Assembly (NCBI GenBank): GCA_001794025.1
Contig: MGJA01000008.1
Span: forward strand, 358-64,357
Direction of reading: 5' to 3'
From: Candidatus Yanofskybacteria bacterium RIFCSPHIGHO2_01_FULL_41_21
GTDB lineage: Bacteria > Patescibacteriota > Minisyncoccia > 2-02-FULL-40-12 > GWA2-44-9
Length of the DNA stretch: 64,000 nt
Shown: positions 53,939 through 63,547 of the stretch, piece after piece
How the letters are laid out: every line of letters starts with the position of its first letter
How positions within the stretch are numbered: the stretch's first letter is position 1
Program-made: the position numbers and the translations under genes
Notes under the pieces: model-generated
Seen by the model: the letters and a program-made list of their open reading frames with translations, nothing else
Database searches by the model: none
What the model was told of the DNA's origin: nothing

Positions 53939-54049
53939 CCCGTTAGAAATGTAACAGACCATCCACCGTCTTAGGGTGGTGGCTAGTTACAATCATTTTT
54001 ATATTATTGATTTTCATATATATACCCGTAGGGTTCATTTCTAACGGGA
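53939..54049 (-). repeat. family A cassette copy abutting def start
   Basis: near-identical to 50566..50675. Confidence 0.75.
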
Positions 54050-54555
54050 TCCATCTCGTTAGAATATCGCAGATTATTGATTTCGTCTATTGTTTTGTTA
54101 TATTAACAGACAGGAGGACGAATGAAATCACTTATCCTTGCTTTAGTTGTTATATCACCATTTCTTGCTACTGAATTGTTTTCAATTTTGCGAGAGGAGT
54201 ATAAAAGAAGGAAAAACAAGAAGTAAATCCGACACAAACGGTGGTATTCCACCAAGGCGAGCCACGTGCTCGCCTTTCTATAATCTCCTAGTTATTAAAC
54301 TTGTCAAATATTATAATGTGTGGTATTATTAAAAAATGATTATGAAATATCATAAACGCCAAATGAATAGCCAGTTTATTACCTCCGTCTGTGTCGGGGG
54401 TATTGCTGATTTACTCAGCTATTCAGGTTTATTTAACCAAGGCGATGTTGATATAAGATAACTCTCAATTTTCAACTCTCAAGAGCGCCTCGGTTAGACA
54501 GACCGGGGCGTTTTCGTTCTGTCTAAGTAAGCTCGTTAACAATGAGGAGGGTGAG

Positions 54556-55137
54556 ATGACCAGTGACTCAAGAGTCGTATTCTTATCGGGTAGAATTGTC
54601 AATCTGCGTCCATTTTCTAGGACAGATATTCCCACACTTACGAGATGGATTAATGACCCCGAGGTCAGACAGTTTATCGCAAGTGTATTACCACAGACCG
54701 AACAGCAAGAAGAAAAGTGGGTTGAAAAACTGGGATCTGATGATAAGGATATCGTTCTCGCTATCGAAACCAAGGAAGGTCTCCTAATTGGCTCTATGGG
54801 CGTCCATGGAATCAATTGGAAAGATCGGGTGTGTACAACCGGTGCCGTCATTGGCGAAAAGGAATATTGGGGAAGGGGATTTGGCACTGACGCGAAGATG
54901 GTGTTACTTGATTACATCTTTAATACACTGAACTTACATAAGGTCTGTTCAGCGGTGTACATGTTCAATAAACGGAGCTTACAGTACAGTTTGCATTGTG
55001 GATACCAGATTGAGGGCGAACGGCGAGAACACGTTTTTCGCGACGGGCAATACTGGACTCTCATTGAGCTCGGATTATTCAAAGAGGAGTGGTTGCCGAT
55101 TTGGGAGCGATATCAAAAGACTGGCAGTGTTCGATAG
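54556..55137 (+). CDS. GNAT family N-acetyltransferase (RimJ/RimL-like)
   Basis: GNAT fold motifs; strong GAGGAGGG RBS; GC-richer than surroundings. Confidence 0.7.
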   Translation: MTSDSRVVFLSGRIVNLRPFSRTDIPTLTRWINDPEVRQFIASVLPQTEQQEEKWVEKLGSDDKDIVLAIETKEGLLIGSMGVHGINWKDRVCTTGAVIGEKEYWGRGFGTDAKMVLLDYIFNTLNLHKVCSAVYMFNKRSLQYSLHCGYQIEGERREHVFRDGQYWTLIELGLFKEEWLPIWERYQKTGSVR

Positions 55138-55178
55138 TCATTCAAAGCGGGGGAGATAATATCAAACCCGCTTTTCTT

Positions 55179-57167
55179 TTAGGTTGTTATTCTTGGGTCT
55201 AAGTCAATTAGCCATTGGGTGGGGACGTAACGGAGGAGATCGCGAGGGGTGAAGTCGTTGGCTATTTTTATGATGATGGTATAAGTGAAACGACCGCGTT
55301 CTTTTTTTAGAAAGAGTCGGGAGGTGTCGGTGATTTTAACCCTATCAAATTGCTTCGCACCGGCTTCGCCGGATTTGATAGGGTGAATTTTATCTCGGGC
55401 TTGGATATGAATTACCGCCATTTTTAATTTTTCTACGGTGGCGCGGGCGGAAGCAATGACTTTGCGATGGTCGGTATGGGTGTAGGTCAGCTTAACGATA
55501 CGACAGAAGGGTGGATACCAAAATGCTTTACGGGCAGAGAGTTCCAGTTCATATAGCGGTTTGTGATTATGACTAGCAAGGTTAGGAAGAAGGTCTATCT
55601 GATTGAATGTTTGGGCAACAATCTGCTGTGGTTCAAAATCCGACAATTTTTCCAAGTGATACCATAAGCGTTCGGTGGTTTGAAAATCCGAACCGACAAT
55701 GAGAGCATCAAGTTGAGGAATAATAATAGCATCAAATTTTAAATCATAGCCGTAACTAAATATTTTTTGGGTGGCGATGAGAATGTGCGGGCCTTGCTTC
55801 TTGGTTTCATTTATAATTTCATCTTCTTCAGTTTGGTTTTGAGTTGTATCGGTATCCAAGAGAAGAATTTGGGTCTTGTTTAATTGGCCGAATGCAATCA
55901 TCTTTTGGAGTTCCTCGTATATTTTTTGTCCACCGGCCGGACCGGTGGCTTTTATTTGAGAACTATGACAATTAGGACAGGAATAAGGATAAGGTTGGGT
56001 GTGGTCACAATGATGACAGAGTAATGAAAGTGTGAGCTCCTGGTGAACCCGCATGGGCAAATCGCAAAGGGGACATTTAAATGAAAATCCACAATGCTGA
56101 CAAAGTAAAATTCCACTGTATCCGCGTCGGGCAGAGACAATTAAGACCTTACCGCCCTGGGCGAGTGTTTTACGCATAACATCTCGGGCGTCCGGAGTTA
56201 ATGCGCCGACGATGTAGCCCTGTTTGAATTCGGCAGTGAGATCAATGACAGTTATTTTAGCAGGCCAAGGTTTCATGGTGTCGTTGATTTTTATTTTTGA
56301 TTCTAATGATTTCTGATAAGCCGAAACACCCAGCAAGGGTGATAAAACAATAAATTGAGCACCGTGATTTTCGGCAATCATTTCGGCCAATTCCGGAGTC
56401 CAATATTTCGGACTCATGTCAGATTTATAAAATTCATGGAGCGGGTCAATAACGATAATATGTTTTAAGTTTGTGAATGGTAAAAAGAGGGCTTGGCGGG
56501 TACCGATAACCATTTTTATTTCTTGAGAGATGATTCCTCCCCAAATTTTATGGTAGTCCTTATTGTTGGTGGCGGAAGTTAGGATAGATGGTTTTTTGTC
56601 CGCAAATTCGGATAGAAAATAGGGGATATATGAACTATCAGGGACAATAATAAGTATTTGGTCTGCCAATGCAGTCAGACCTGATTTTTTATTTTTTAGA
56701 ATAGATTTAATTTGTTGGGCGGAATCTTGGGCACGTGTGATAATCCAAGAAGGTGATGAGGGAAGTTGCGGATTAATAAATAAGTTGACGGGTTCAGTTG
56801 GGTAGCGCGCTTTCAAAAAAAACGGCGGGAGAACTGCTTTCATACAAAGACCCAGTGGAGCAACATAATGATTAGCCAACCAAAGTGCAATCTTAAATTG
56901 CCATTCGGCAATAACCGGTTCCCCACTCAAGACACGGGATATTTTTTTGAGTTGAAATAATGATTTTTTGACCAGGATTTTTTGTTCGTCAAGATTGTAG
57001 GAATCAATAACTGTTGCCTGTACAGATCGGTTATTGAGAGAAACTTCAATTACAGCGCCTTTAGGAAGGTTTGAATCATGGTAGTAACTTAAAATCTGGG
57101 GTATTTGAGGGGGGAGTGTGGAAAGGGGTAGGACTTCAAGGATATACATAGAATAGTAATTAGCCAC
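55179..57167 (-). CDS. priA: primosomal protein N' (PriA) homolog with degenerate Walker A and DExH motifs
   Basis: C4C4 zinc-binding region; IVIGTRQALFLPFTNLKHIIVIDPLHEF aligns to PriA helicase core but GSGKT->KSGLT and DEEH->DPLH. Confidence 0.8.
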   Translation of the reverse strand: MANYYSMYILEVLPLSTLPPQIPQILSYYHDSNLPKGAVIEVSLNNRSVQATVIDSYNLDEQKILVKKSLFQLKKISRVLSGEPVIAEWQFKIALWLANHYVAPLGLCMKAVLPPFFLKARYPTEPVNLFINPQLPSSPSWIITRAQDSAQQIKSILKNKKSGLTALADQILIIVPDSSYIPYFLSEFADKKPSILTSATNNKDYHKIWGGIISQEIKMVIGTRQALFLPFTNLKHIIVIDPLHEFYKSDMSPKYWTPELAEMIAENHGAQFIVLSPLLGVSAYQKSLESKIKINDTMKPWPAKITVIDLTAEFKQGYIVGALTPDARDVMRKTLAQGGKVLIVSARRGYSGILLCQHCGFSFKCPLCDLPMRVHQELTLSLLCHHCDHTQPYPYSCPNCHSSQIKATGPAGGQKIYEELQKMIAFGQLNKTQILLLDTDTTQNQTEEDEIINETKKQGPHILIATQKIFSYGYDLKFDAIIIPQLDALIVGSDFQTTERLWYHLEKLSDFEPQQIVAQTFNQIDLLPNLASHNHKPLYELELSARKAFWYPPFCRIVKLTYTHTDHRKVIASARATVEKLKMAVIHIQARDKIHPIKSGEAGAKQFDRVKITDTSRLFLKKERGRFTYTIIIKIANDFTPRDLLRYVPTQWLIDLDPRITT

Positions 57168-57217
57168 TAGCGATTAGCTATTAGTACAAATTTGATAATC
57201 TAAGCAATACTAGCATT

Positions 57218-58642
57218 TTGGGCTTTGCTGACAACTTGTTTAAAGGGTATAATAGTTTAATGGATAATAAAGATATTAGGGTTAGGATAGCGCCGTCGCC
57301 GACAGGGTTTCTTCACATAGGAACGGGACAATCGGCGCTTTATAATTGGTTATTTGCCAAGAAAATGGGCGGTAAGTTTTATTTAAGAATTGAAGACACC
57401 GATAGGGAACGCTCCACTAAGGAATACGAAGAAAGTATTTTGGGGGCTTTATGTTGGCTTGGTTTGGATTGGTGTGGCGAAGTTATTCACCAGAGTGAAC
57501 GGATACAATTATATAGAACGGCGTTAGAAAAGTTATTAAGTGAAGGTAAGGCCTTTTATTGTCATCATTCTCAAGAGGAGCTTGAAGCCGAGCGTCAACG
57601 TCAGGAATTTGAAAAACAACCACCTCGACACGAGTGTAACCACAAAGACCTTCCGCTTGGCAAAGAGGGTGGGGGAATCATCCGATTAAACGTCGGTGAC
57701 TCAACACAAGTTATTTCTTTTGAAGATCAAATTAAGGGTCATATTGAATTTAAGGCCGGACTCTTAGGCGATTTTAGTATTGCTCGCTCGGTCAGCGACC
57801 CGCTCTATAATTTTGCGGCGGTTATAGATGATGCCGAGATGGAAATTTCCCATGTCATTAGAGGTGAAGACCATATTTCTAATACACCTAAACAGATTCT
57901 CGTATACGAAGCGCTTGGTTTGCCTGTTCCATTATTTGCGCACTTGCCGTTAATTTTGGCGCCTGACAAATCAAAACTTTCAAAGCGTCATGGGGCGATG
58001 GCGGTGGTTGACTACAAGAAGGACTACTTACCTGATGCGATTGTTAATTTTTTGGGTGGTTTGGGTTATACATTCAGTAAAGATCTTCTTTCTCGCGAAG
58101 AAATGATCCAAGAATTTGAACTATCAAAAGTCCATAAATCCGGAGCAATATTTGATACGAAAAAATTAAATTGGATTAATAGTCAGTATATTCGCCGATT
58201 GACACCGTCGGAGTTCAAAAATTTAACGGGTTTAAATGTTTCGGACTTGGCGGTGCCATTGATTACTGAACGTCTGGAAAAATTAAGCGACGCTCAAGAA
58301 TTTTCGTATTTATGGGAAGCACCTGTCTACGAAAAAGAATTATTAAAATGGAAGGACTCATCGCTTGAAGATGTTAAAGATTCATTGACTAAGACGCTGG
58401 TTGTCGTTGAGGAATTAGAAACAATAACTGATGAATCATTACGAAACAAGTTAGAGTTATTGAGCGTAGATACAGGTAAAGCCAGCCCGAACAACCGTTC
58501 GGTCGGGCGGGGAGTAGTATTCTGGCCACTTCGCGTGGTTTTATCTGGAAGAGAAAAATCACCTGACCCGGTTCAATTAGCTGTTGTGCTTGGTAAAGAT
58601 GAAGTCATAAAGCGAGTCAAAGAAGCAATCGGGAAAATATAA
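57218..58642 (+). CDS. gltX: glutamate--tRNA ligase
   Basis: RIAPSPTGFLHIG (HIGH), KLSKRHG (KMSKS). Confidence 0.9.
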   Translation: MGFADNLFKGYNSLMDNKDIRVRIAPSPTGFLHIGTGQSALYNWLFAKKMGGKFYLRIEDTDRERSTKEYEESILGALCWLGLDWCGEVIHQSERIQLYRTALEKLLSEGKAFYCHHSQEELEAERQRQEFEKQPPRHECNHKDLPLGKEGGGIIRLNVGDSTQVISFEDQIKGHIEFKAGLLGDFSIARSVSDPLYNFAAVIDDAEMEISHVIRGEDHISNTPKQILVYEALGLPVPLFAHLPLILAPDKSKLSKRHGAMAVVDYKKDYLPDAIVNFLGGLGYTFSKDLLSREEMIQEFELSKVHKSGAIFDTKKLNWINSQYIRRLTPSEFKNLTGLNVSDLAVPLITERLEKLSDAQEFSYLWEAPVYEKELLKWKDSSLEDVKDSLTKTLVVVEELETITDESLRNKLELLSVDTGKASPNNRSVGRGVVFWPLRVVLSGREKSPDPVQLAVVLGKDEVIKRVKEAIGKI

Positions 58643-58730
58643 TTCCCGCCCAAACGACTGAATCGTTCCCCGCCAGAATGACCTTGTCGGGCTGGAGTCG
58701 GGCAGGTAGGATTTTAAAAAACATCTACTA

Positions 58731-59993
58731 ATGTCAATAAAATTTAAAATAATAGGGTTTGCGCTTCTTGTTTCTTGTTTCTGGATTATTGTTCCAGTAG
58801 TTCACGCTGATGTGAATCAAGACAAGATTGAACAGTTGAGAAAAGAGATTGAAGAACTTGAAAAACGAGATGCTCAATTAAAAAAGGAGGCCGAGCAATA
58901 TCGGGGGAATATCGCCGAGACCCAAGCTCAAGCCAACACCCTCAAAAATCAAATTCAGAATTTAAAGAATCAGATTGGTGTATTGGAAACGAATATAAAA
59001 TTAACGGGCAAAAAGATAGATAAGACCCAAGTTGAAATTGTTGGAGTTCAAGAAAATATTCTGACCACGCAAGAAAAAATGGACTACCAGCGGTTGACGA
59101 TTGGACAGTTACTTTTATATCTCGCTAAACGTGATAATGAAAGTTTGGTTGGTATTTTAATGAAGAGCGAAAATCTTTCTGATTATTTTAATGATGCGCA
59201 ATACGCATTAACGGTGAACTCTACCTTATTAGATGTAGTAAATAATCTTCAAAAAGCCGAAGCCCAGCTTTCAACCCAAAAAGAGGATCTTGAGGGCAAG
59301 AAAAAGAGTTTAGAAACACTTCGGCAACAAGCAAATGCTCAAAAAGCATCATTAGCCGACACAACATCCAGTAAAAACAAAATTCTTGCGACGACAAAAG
59401 GTCAAGAGGATGCTTATCAGAAATTATTGGCGGAAACCGAAGAACTTCAACGGCAGGCAAATCTTGAAATATTTCGTCTAGAAGATCAATTACGTCAAGC
59501 TATTAACCCTAACAGTTTGCCTATCGCTCGGTCCGGAATATTGATGAAACCGGCAGAGGGAACCAAAAGTCAGTCATATGGGTGTATTGAGACGGCTTTT
59601 GCCCGTAGAAATTATCCCAGTTGTAATAATAAAAAAGGCGGTTTTCATAATGGTTTAGATATTGCCGCAAAATATGGTACACCTCTTCACTCTGCCGAAG
59701 ACGGTAGAGTTATTGCGGTTGGAAATGCTCCCTATGCTTATGGTGTTTGGGCGGCTATTGAACATAGTAATGGACTGGTAACAGCTTATACTCATATGTC
59801 ACTTCGATCGGTTAGTGTCGGACAAGAGGTGAAAAGAGGGGATATAGTTGGGAATATGGGCAGTACCGGGCTTTCTACGGGATCCCATATTCATTTTATG
59901 GTCTATGCTCCAAAGACCTTCACAACCAAACAAAGTACTATTTCAGGACTGCTTCCGATTGGCGCAACTCTTAATCCTTTGGATTATATTTAG
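58731..59993 (+). CDS. M23 family metallopeptidase with N-terminal coiled-coil (EnvC-like)
   Basis: HNGLDIAAKYGTPLHSAEDGRV...GSHIHFMVY LytM motifs. Confidence 0.8.
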   Translation: MSIKFKIIGFALLVSCFWIIVPVVHADVNQDKIEQLRKEIEELEKRDAQLKKEAEQYRGNIAETQAQANTLKNQIQNLKNQIGVLETNIKLTGKKIDKTQVEIVGVQENILTTQEKMDYQRLTIGQLLLYLAKRDNESLVGILMKSENLSDYFNDAQYALTVNSTLLDVVNNLQKAEAQLSTQKEDLEGKKKSLETLRQQANAQKASLADTTSSKNKILATTKGQEDAYQKLLAETEELQRQANLEIFRLEDQLRQAINPNSLPIARSGILMKPAEGTKSQSYGCIETAFARRNYPSCNNKKGGFHNGLDIAAKYGTPLHSAEDGRVIAVGNAPYAYGVWAAIEHSNGLVTAYTHMSLRSVSVGQEVKRGDIVGNMGSTGLSTGSHIHFMVYAPKTFTTKQSTISGLLPIGATLNPLDYI

Positions 59994-59996
59994 TAA

Positions 59997-61241
59997 ATGA
60001 AAAAAATCCTTATTCTTGGCGGGGGATTTGGTGGTGTCCGATGTGCTCTTGATTGTGCTAGAAAATTTAAAGATAAGGCGACGGTAACACTTATAGATCA
60101 AAATTCATATCACACTTTTACGTCAGCTTTATACGAGGTTGCTTCGGCCTATCAACCAACTGAAGATCCCTTTGCTTTGGAATTGCGACGTGCCGTAGCT
60201 ATTCCCTACAAAGACATACTTGAAAACAAAAAAGTAGATTTCATTCAGGCCCAAATAACCTCAGTTGATCTTGTTAATTCTAAGGTATTTCTTGATGGTG
60301 GCACTCAACTTGATTTTGATTACATCATATTTGCATTAGGCAGTCAGACCGCTGATTTTGGTATTCTAGGTGTTCGTGAATATGCCTATCAATTTAAAAC
60401 GACTGATGATGCTGTGACTCTTCATAATAAACTTGAGACATCATTTCGAGCCATGGCTCAGGGTAAATTATCATCACCTGTAAAATTTTTAATTATTGGC
60501 GCCGGTTTTACTGGTATTGAACTCGCGGGAGAATTAATGACTTGTGCCAAAAGATTAGCCCGTCGTTATGGTCTTAATCAGCGTTCGTTTTCAACAATTC
60601 TTTTTGAAGCTGGATCAGTTATTTTACCGATAATCAAAGAAACAGAAAGGAAAAAAATAATAAATCGTCTGACCGATTTAGGGGTAGTGATAATGACAAA
60701 TTCAGTCGTTGAAAGTGTTTTGAGTGATTCGGTTAAATTAAAAACTGGCCAAACAGTTACTGGTACTGCAGTTGTCTGGACGGCCGGTGTCCAAGCAAAT
60801 CAATTACTGAAAACAATTTATGGTTTACCCATAACCGATAAGGCAAAAATTATGGTTGATAAAAATCTTCAGGTTCAAGATTCGGATAAATTATTTGCGT
60901 TAGGGGATTGTGTTGAATTTGTTGATTCTAAAACACAAAAATCGATTCCTGGTTTAGCTTATACTGCCCAAGCACAAGGACGTCTTGTTGCCGAAAATTT
61001 ATATAGTATTGTTTTCCAAAAAAGGTTACATCCATATATTCCAAGTTATGGTCATTGGGTAGCCCCTGTAGGCGGTAAATTTGCTGTGGCTCATCTGGAT
61101 GGATTTGGTTCTTATTTCGGTTTTTACGGATGGGTGATTAGAACTCTTGTGGATCTTCGTTATTTTTTATCTATACTGCCACTGCCTAAGGCCATAAAAT
61201 TATTTGGAAAAGATCTTTTGCTTTTTTCTAAAAACGATTAG
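59997..61241 (+). CDS. type II NADH dehydrogenase-like FAD/NAD(P)-binding oxidoreductase
   Basis: two Rossmann GxGxxG motifs (ILGGGFGG, IIGAGFTG). Confidence 0.75.
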   Translation: MKKILILGGGFGGVRCALDCARKFKDKATVTLIDQNSYHTFTSALYEVASAYQPTEDPFALELRRAVAIPYKDILENKKVDFIQAQITSVDLVNSKVFLDGGTQLDFDYIIFALGSQTADFGILGVREYAYQFKTTDDAVTLHNKLETSFRAMAQGKLSSPVKFLIIGAGFTGIELAGELMTCAKRLARRYGLNQRSFSTILFEAGSVILPIIKETERKKIINRLTDLGVVIMTNSVVESVLSDSVKLKTGQTVTGTAVVWTAGVQANQLLKTIYGLPITDKAKIMVDKNLQVQDSDKLFALGDCVEFVDSKTQKSIPGLAYTAQAQGRLVAENLYSIVFQKRLHPYIPSYGHWVAPVGGKFAVAHLDGFGSYFGFYGWVIRTLVDLRYFLSILPLPKAIKLFGKDLLLFSKND

Positions 61242-61918
61242 ATTATAGAGACATAGACAAAGATGGGGGACTCCCCTACGGGGATTTAAAAATTAGGGCT
61301 TCTATTGTAACTACCTCCATAATTTAGAGATGGTTACTTTCTGGACACTATAAGACAGGCGAGCGAGAAAATATTTTTTATTTAATTAAATACGTAGAAT
61401 AAAATTAATTTCAAAATTTAAAAAATTTTTTTAAATTTTGAAATTAACCTTGATAGTTGAACGTTGGGCCACTGGGTCAAGTTGAGACACGTAAGACCTC
61501 TTTATAATAGAGACCTTAAAGAGGGGTATAGGCCATTATATTGAGGCCCCAGGATGCTCTAGGATGAATGGAAGGGTACTGGGAGTCACGTAGAGTCGGA
61601 CAAGAATACTATATCTAATAGATGTTCCGTGGATACCAGTTATGGTATCGTTAATACGTCGCATAATCTACAATGTGCGACGTACCGTAAAGATAAAAAC
61701 GGCACTCCCCTTTAATAAATTAGAGTTTTGAATTATTTTTATTTAATTAAATTTGTTAAATATTTCACCTTACCCCTCTTCATTAGTCAAGGTCCCCCGT
61801 TTGTTGTTATGGGATTGTAATAAATACTCATTAAGTTAAAATCAATTAAATCTGTCAGTTTTCAGATTTGTCCCGTTAAGTGTCAGGATTTATTAAGATT
61901 TATTAATTAAAATATAAT

Positions 61919-62596
61919 ATGCCTAAACTCGTATTTGATATAGAAACCGTTGGTGTGGATTTTGAGGCCTTAGACCCAACTGCTCAAGAGTTATTGTTAG
62001 CAAGTGCTAAAGATGATGCCGAACGCCAAGTCATCCGCGAGATGCTGGGTGTCTCACCTCTTACCGGTCGGGTAGTAGCGGTTGCCTTTTTAAATCCCGA
62101 AACAAATAAAGGCGGGGTTTATTATCAAAAACAAAATGATAACGAGAAGGAGGAAGAGGTAGACGATTATCTTATGGTCCCCTGCGCCGACGAAAAAGAA
62201 ATTTTAAAAAGATTTTGGGATTTAGCGAATCATTACGATCAGTTCATTACCTTTAACGGCTATGGGTTTGATTGTCCGTTCATGATGATTCGTTCGGCAA
62301 TTTTTAAAATTAAACCATCAGTCAATCTGATGCATAACCGATATTACGATAAGCCCCATTTAGACGTCTACGACAAGTTGACCAACTATGGCGCGGTTCG
62401 GTTCAAACGCTCTCTTCACTTATGGTGCCAGGCCTTCGGTATTGAAAGCCCCAAAGACAAGGGCATCACGGGTCATGATGTCGGGCAATATTTCAAAGAC
62501 AAACGTTGTCGTGAGATTGCTCTTTATTGTGTCGGCGACATTAAGTCCACCGCCCTTCTCTATGAATATTGGGAGAAATATATGTCAGGCAGGTGA
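61919..62596 (+). CDS. DEDDy 3'-5' exonuclease / RNase H-like domain protein
   Basis: FDIET (Exo I), ITFNGYGFDCPF (Exo II), YCVGDIKST (Exo III Y..D). Confidence 0.7.
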   Translation: MPKLVFDIETVGVDFEALDPTAQELLLASAKDDAERQVIREMLGVSPLTGRVVAVAFLNPETNKGGVYYQKQNDNEKEEEVDDYLMVPCADEKEILKRFWDLANHYDQFITFNGYGFDCPFMMIRSAIFKIKPSVNLMHNRYYDKPHLDVYDKLTNYGAVRFKRSLHLWCQAFGIESPKDKGITGHDVGQYFKDKRCREIALYCVGDIKSTALLYEYWEKYMSGR

Positions 62597-62812
62597 TAAA
62601 AAAATTATCACTTTTCTCACGGCTTCCTCTTGGAGCATTTCTAGAAATTATCTCTCATTTCTCTGACCGACTGGGGTCACCCCTGTCAGGCCATGCGGAC
62701 TTCTGTCCGTTCCTGACATCCCCAGATCGGTACCCAGAGAAATATCAAGATAATTTCTGAAATGCTTGCCAATCGTGCAGATTGTGAGAAAAGTGATAAT
62801 TTTTTTATCACC
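62592..62812. mobile_element. complete MITE family C copy with ~29-bp TIR ggtgataaaaaaattatcacttttctcac; TIR supplies the TGA stop of upstream gene
   Basis: perfect terminal inverted repeats; ~96% identical to 42955..43144 internal region. Confidence 0.7.
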
Positions 62813-62930
62813 TATTTTTAGGTGGTTTAGGAAAATTTGCTATTTTTTAGAATTAATGTTATTATATATCCCACGAGCACGTGGTGTGCTTGTCGGAGAT
62901 GTTCTTTATCTATAAGCAGGAGGTTAGATT

Positions 62931-63263
62931 GTGATGGTGATGAATAAGCAAGAGTTCATTCGAATCGTAGGTTGTATAAAGGAACTAGATTCCCTTCTCT
63001 TTAGCAGGCAACTACTACAATCAGATCAAGTTAGAACCGCGATGAAGAAGTTGCGGGATGAACTGGATACCGCTTTGAGAAACACCGAAACCATGAGGTA
63101 TGAGGAGTTGTCGGTTGGCGACTTCTACCTTGACCCCAAGGGTGTTCGTAAACGGAAGATCAAGTTTGATCTTGATATTGGGTCTGTACCAGTTGATCCC
63201 GGTCACAGTGGACTGGTGTCATGTCCCGCGCCATCAAAGCTGGTCAGAAGGATACTTGAGTAG
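62931..63263 (+). CDS. hypothetical protein
   Basis: 110-aa ORF, AGGAGG RBS. Confidence 0.4.
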   Translation: MMVMNKQEFIRIVGCIKELDSLLFSRQLLQSDQVRTAMKKLRDELDTALRNTETMRYEELSVGDFYLDPKGVRKRKIKFDLDIGSVPVDPGHSGLVSCPAPSKLVRRILE

Positions 63264-63348
63264 AGTCCGCGAAGGCCTGCGTCATCTGACGCCCGCCGAC
63301 GCGGGCCTTTTTCTTTTCCCTAATAAAAATAAGAAACGAGGTAGGTTA

Positions 63349-63547
63349 GACAAATTTTTCTCAATCTGCACGATTGGTAACTATTTCAGTAACTCTGACG
63401 CTATTTCTCTGGGTACCAGCCCGAGGATGTCGGGAACGGGTGAGCAAAGCGAAGCCGCATGGCCCGACAGGAGTTGCTTCGGCTGGTCAGAGAAATTAGG
63501 AAGAGTTGCTAGAAATAGTCCAAGAGGAAGCTGAGAAAAATTTGTCT
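63349..63547. mobile_element. MITE family C variant (TIR agacaaatttttctca)
   Basis: reverse complement of the 36171 copy core. Confidence 0.6.

Noticed and set aside
61245-61918. tmRNA or RNase P RNA in the large AT-rich gap
   Set aside because: Could not find the tRNA-like 5'/3' ends and tag reading frame of tmRNA or the GGAAAGUCCGG P4 box of RNase P; left as unassigned.
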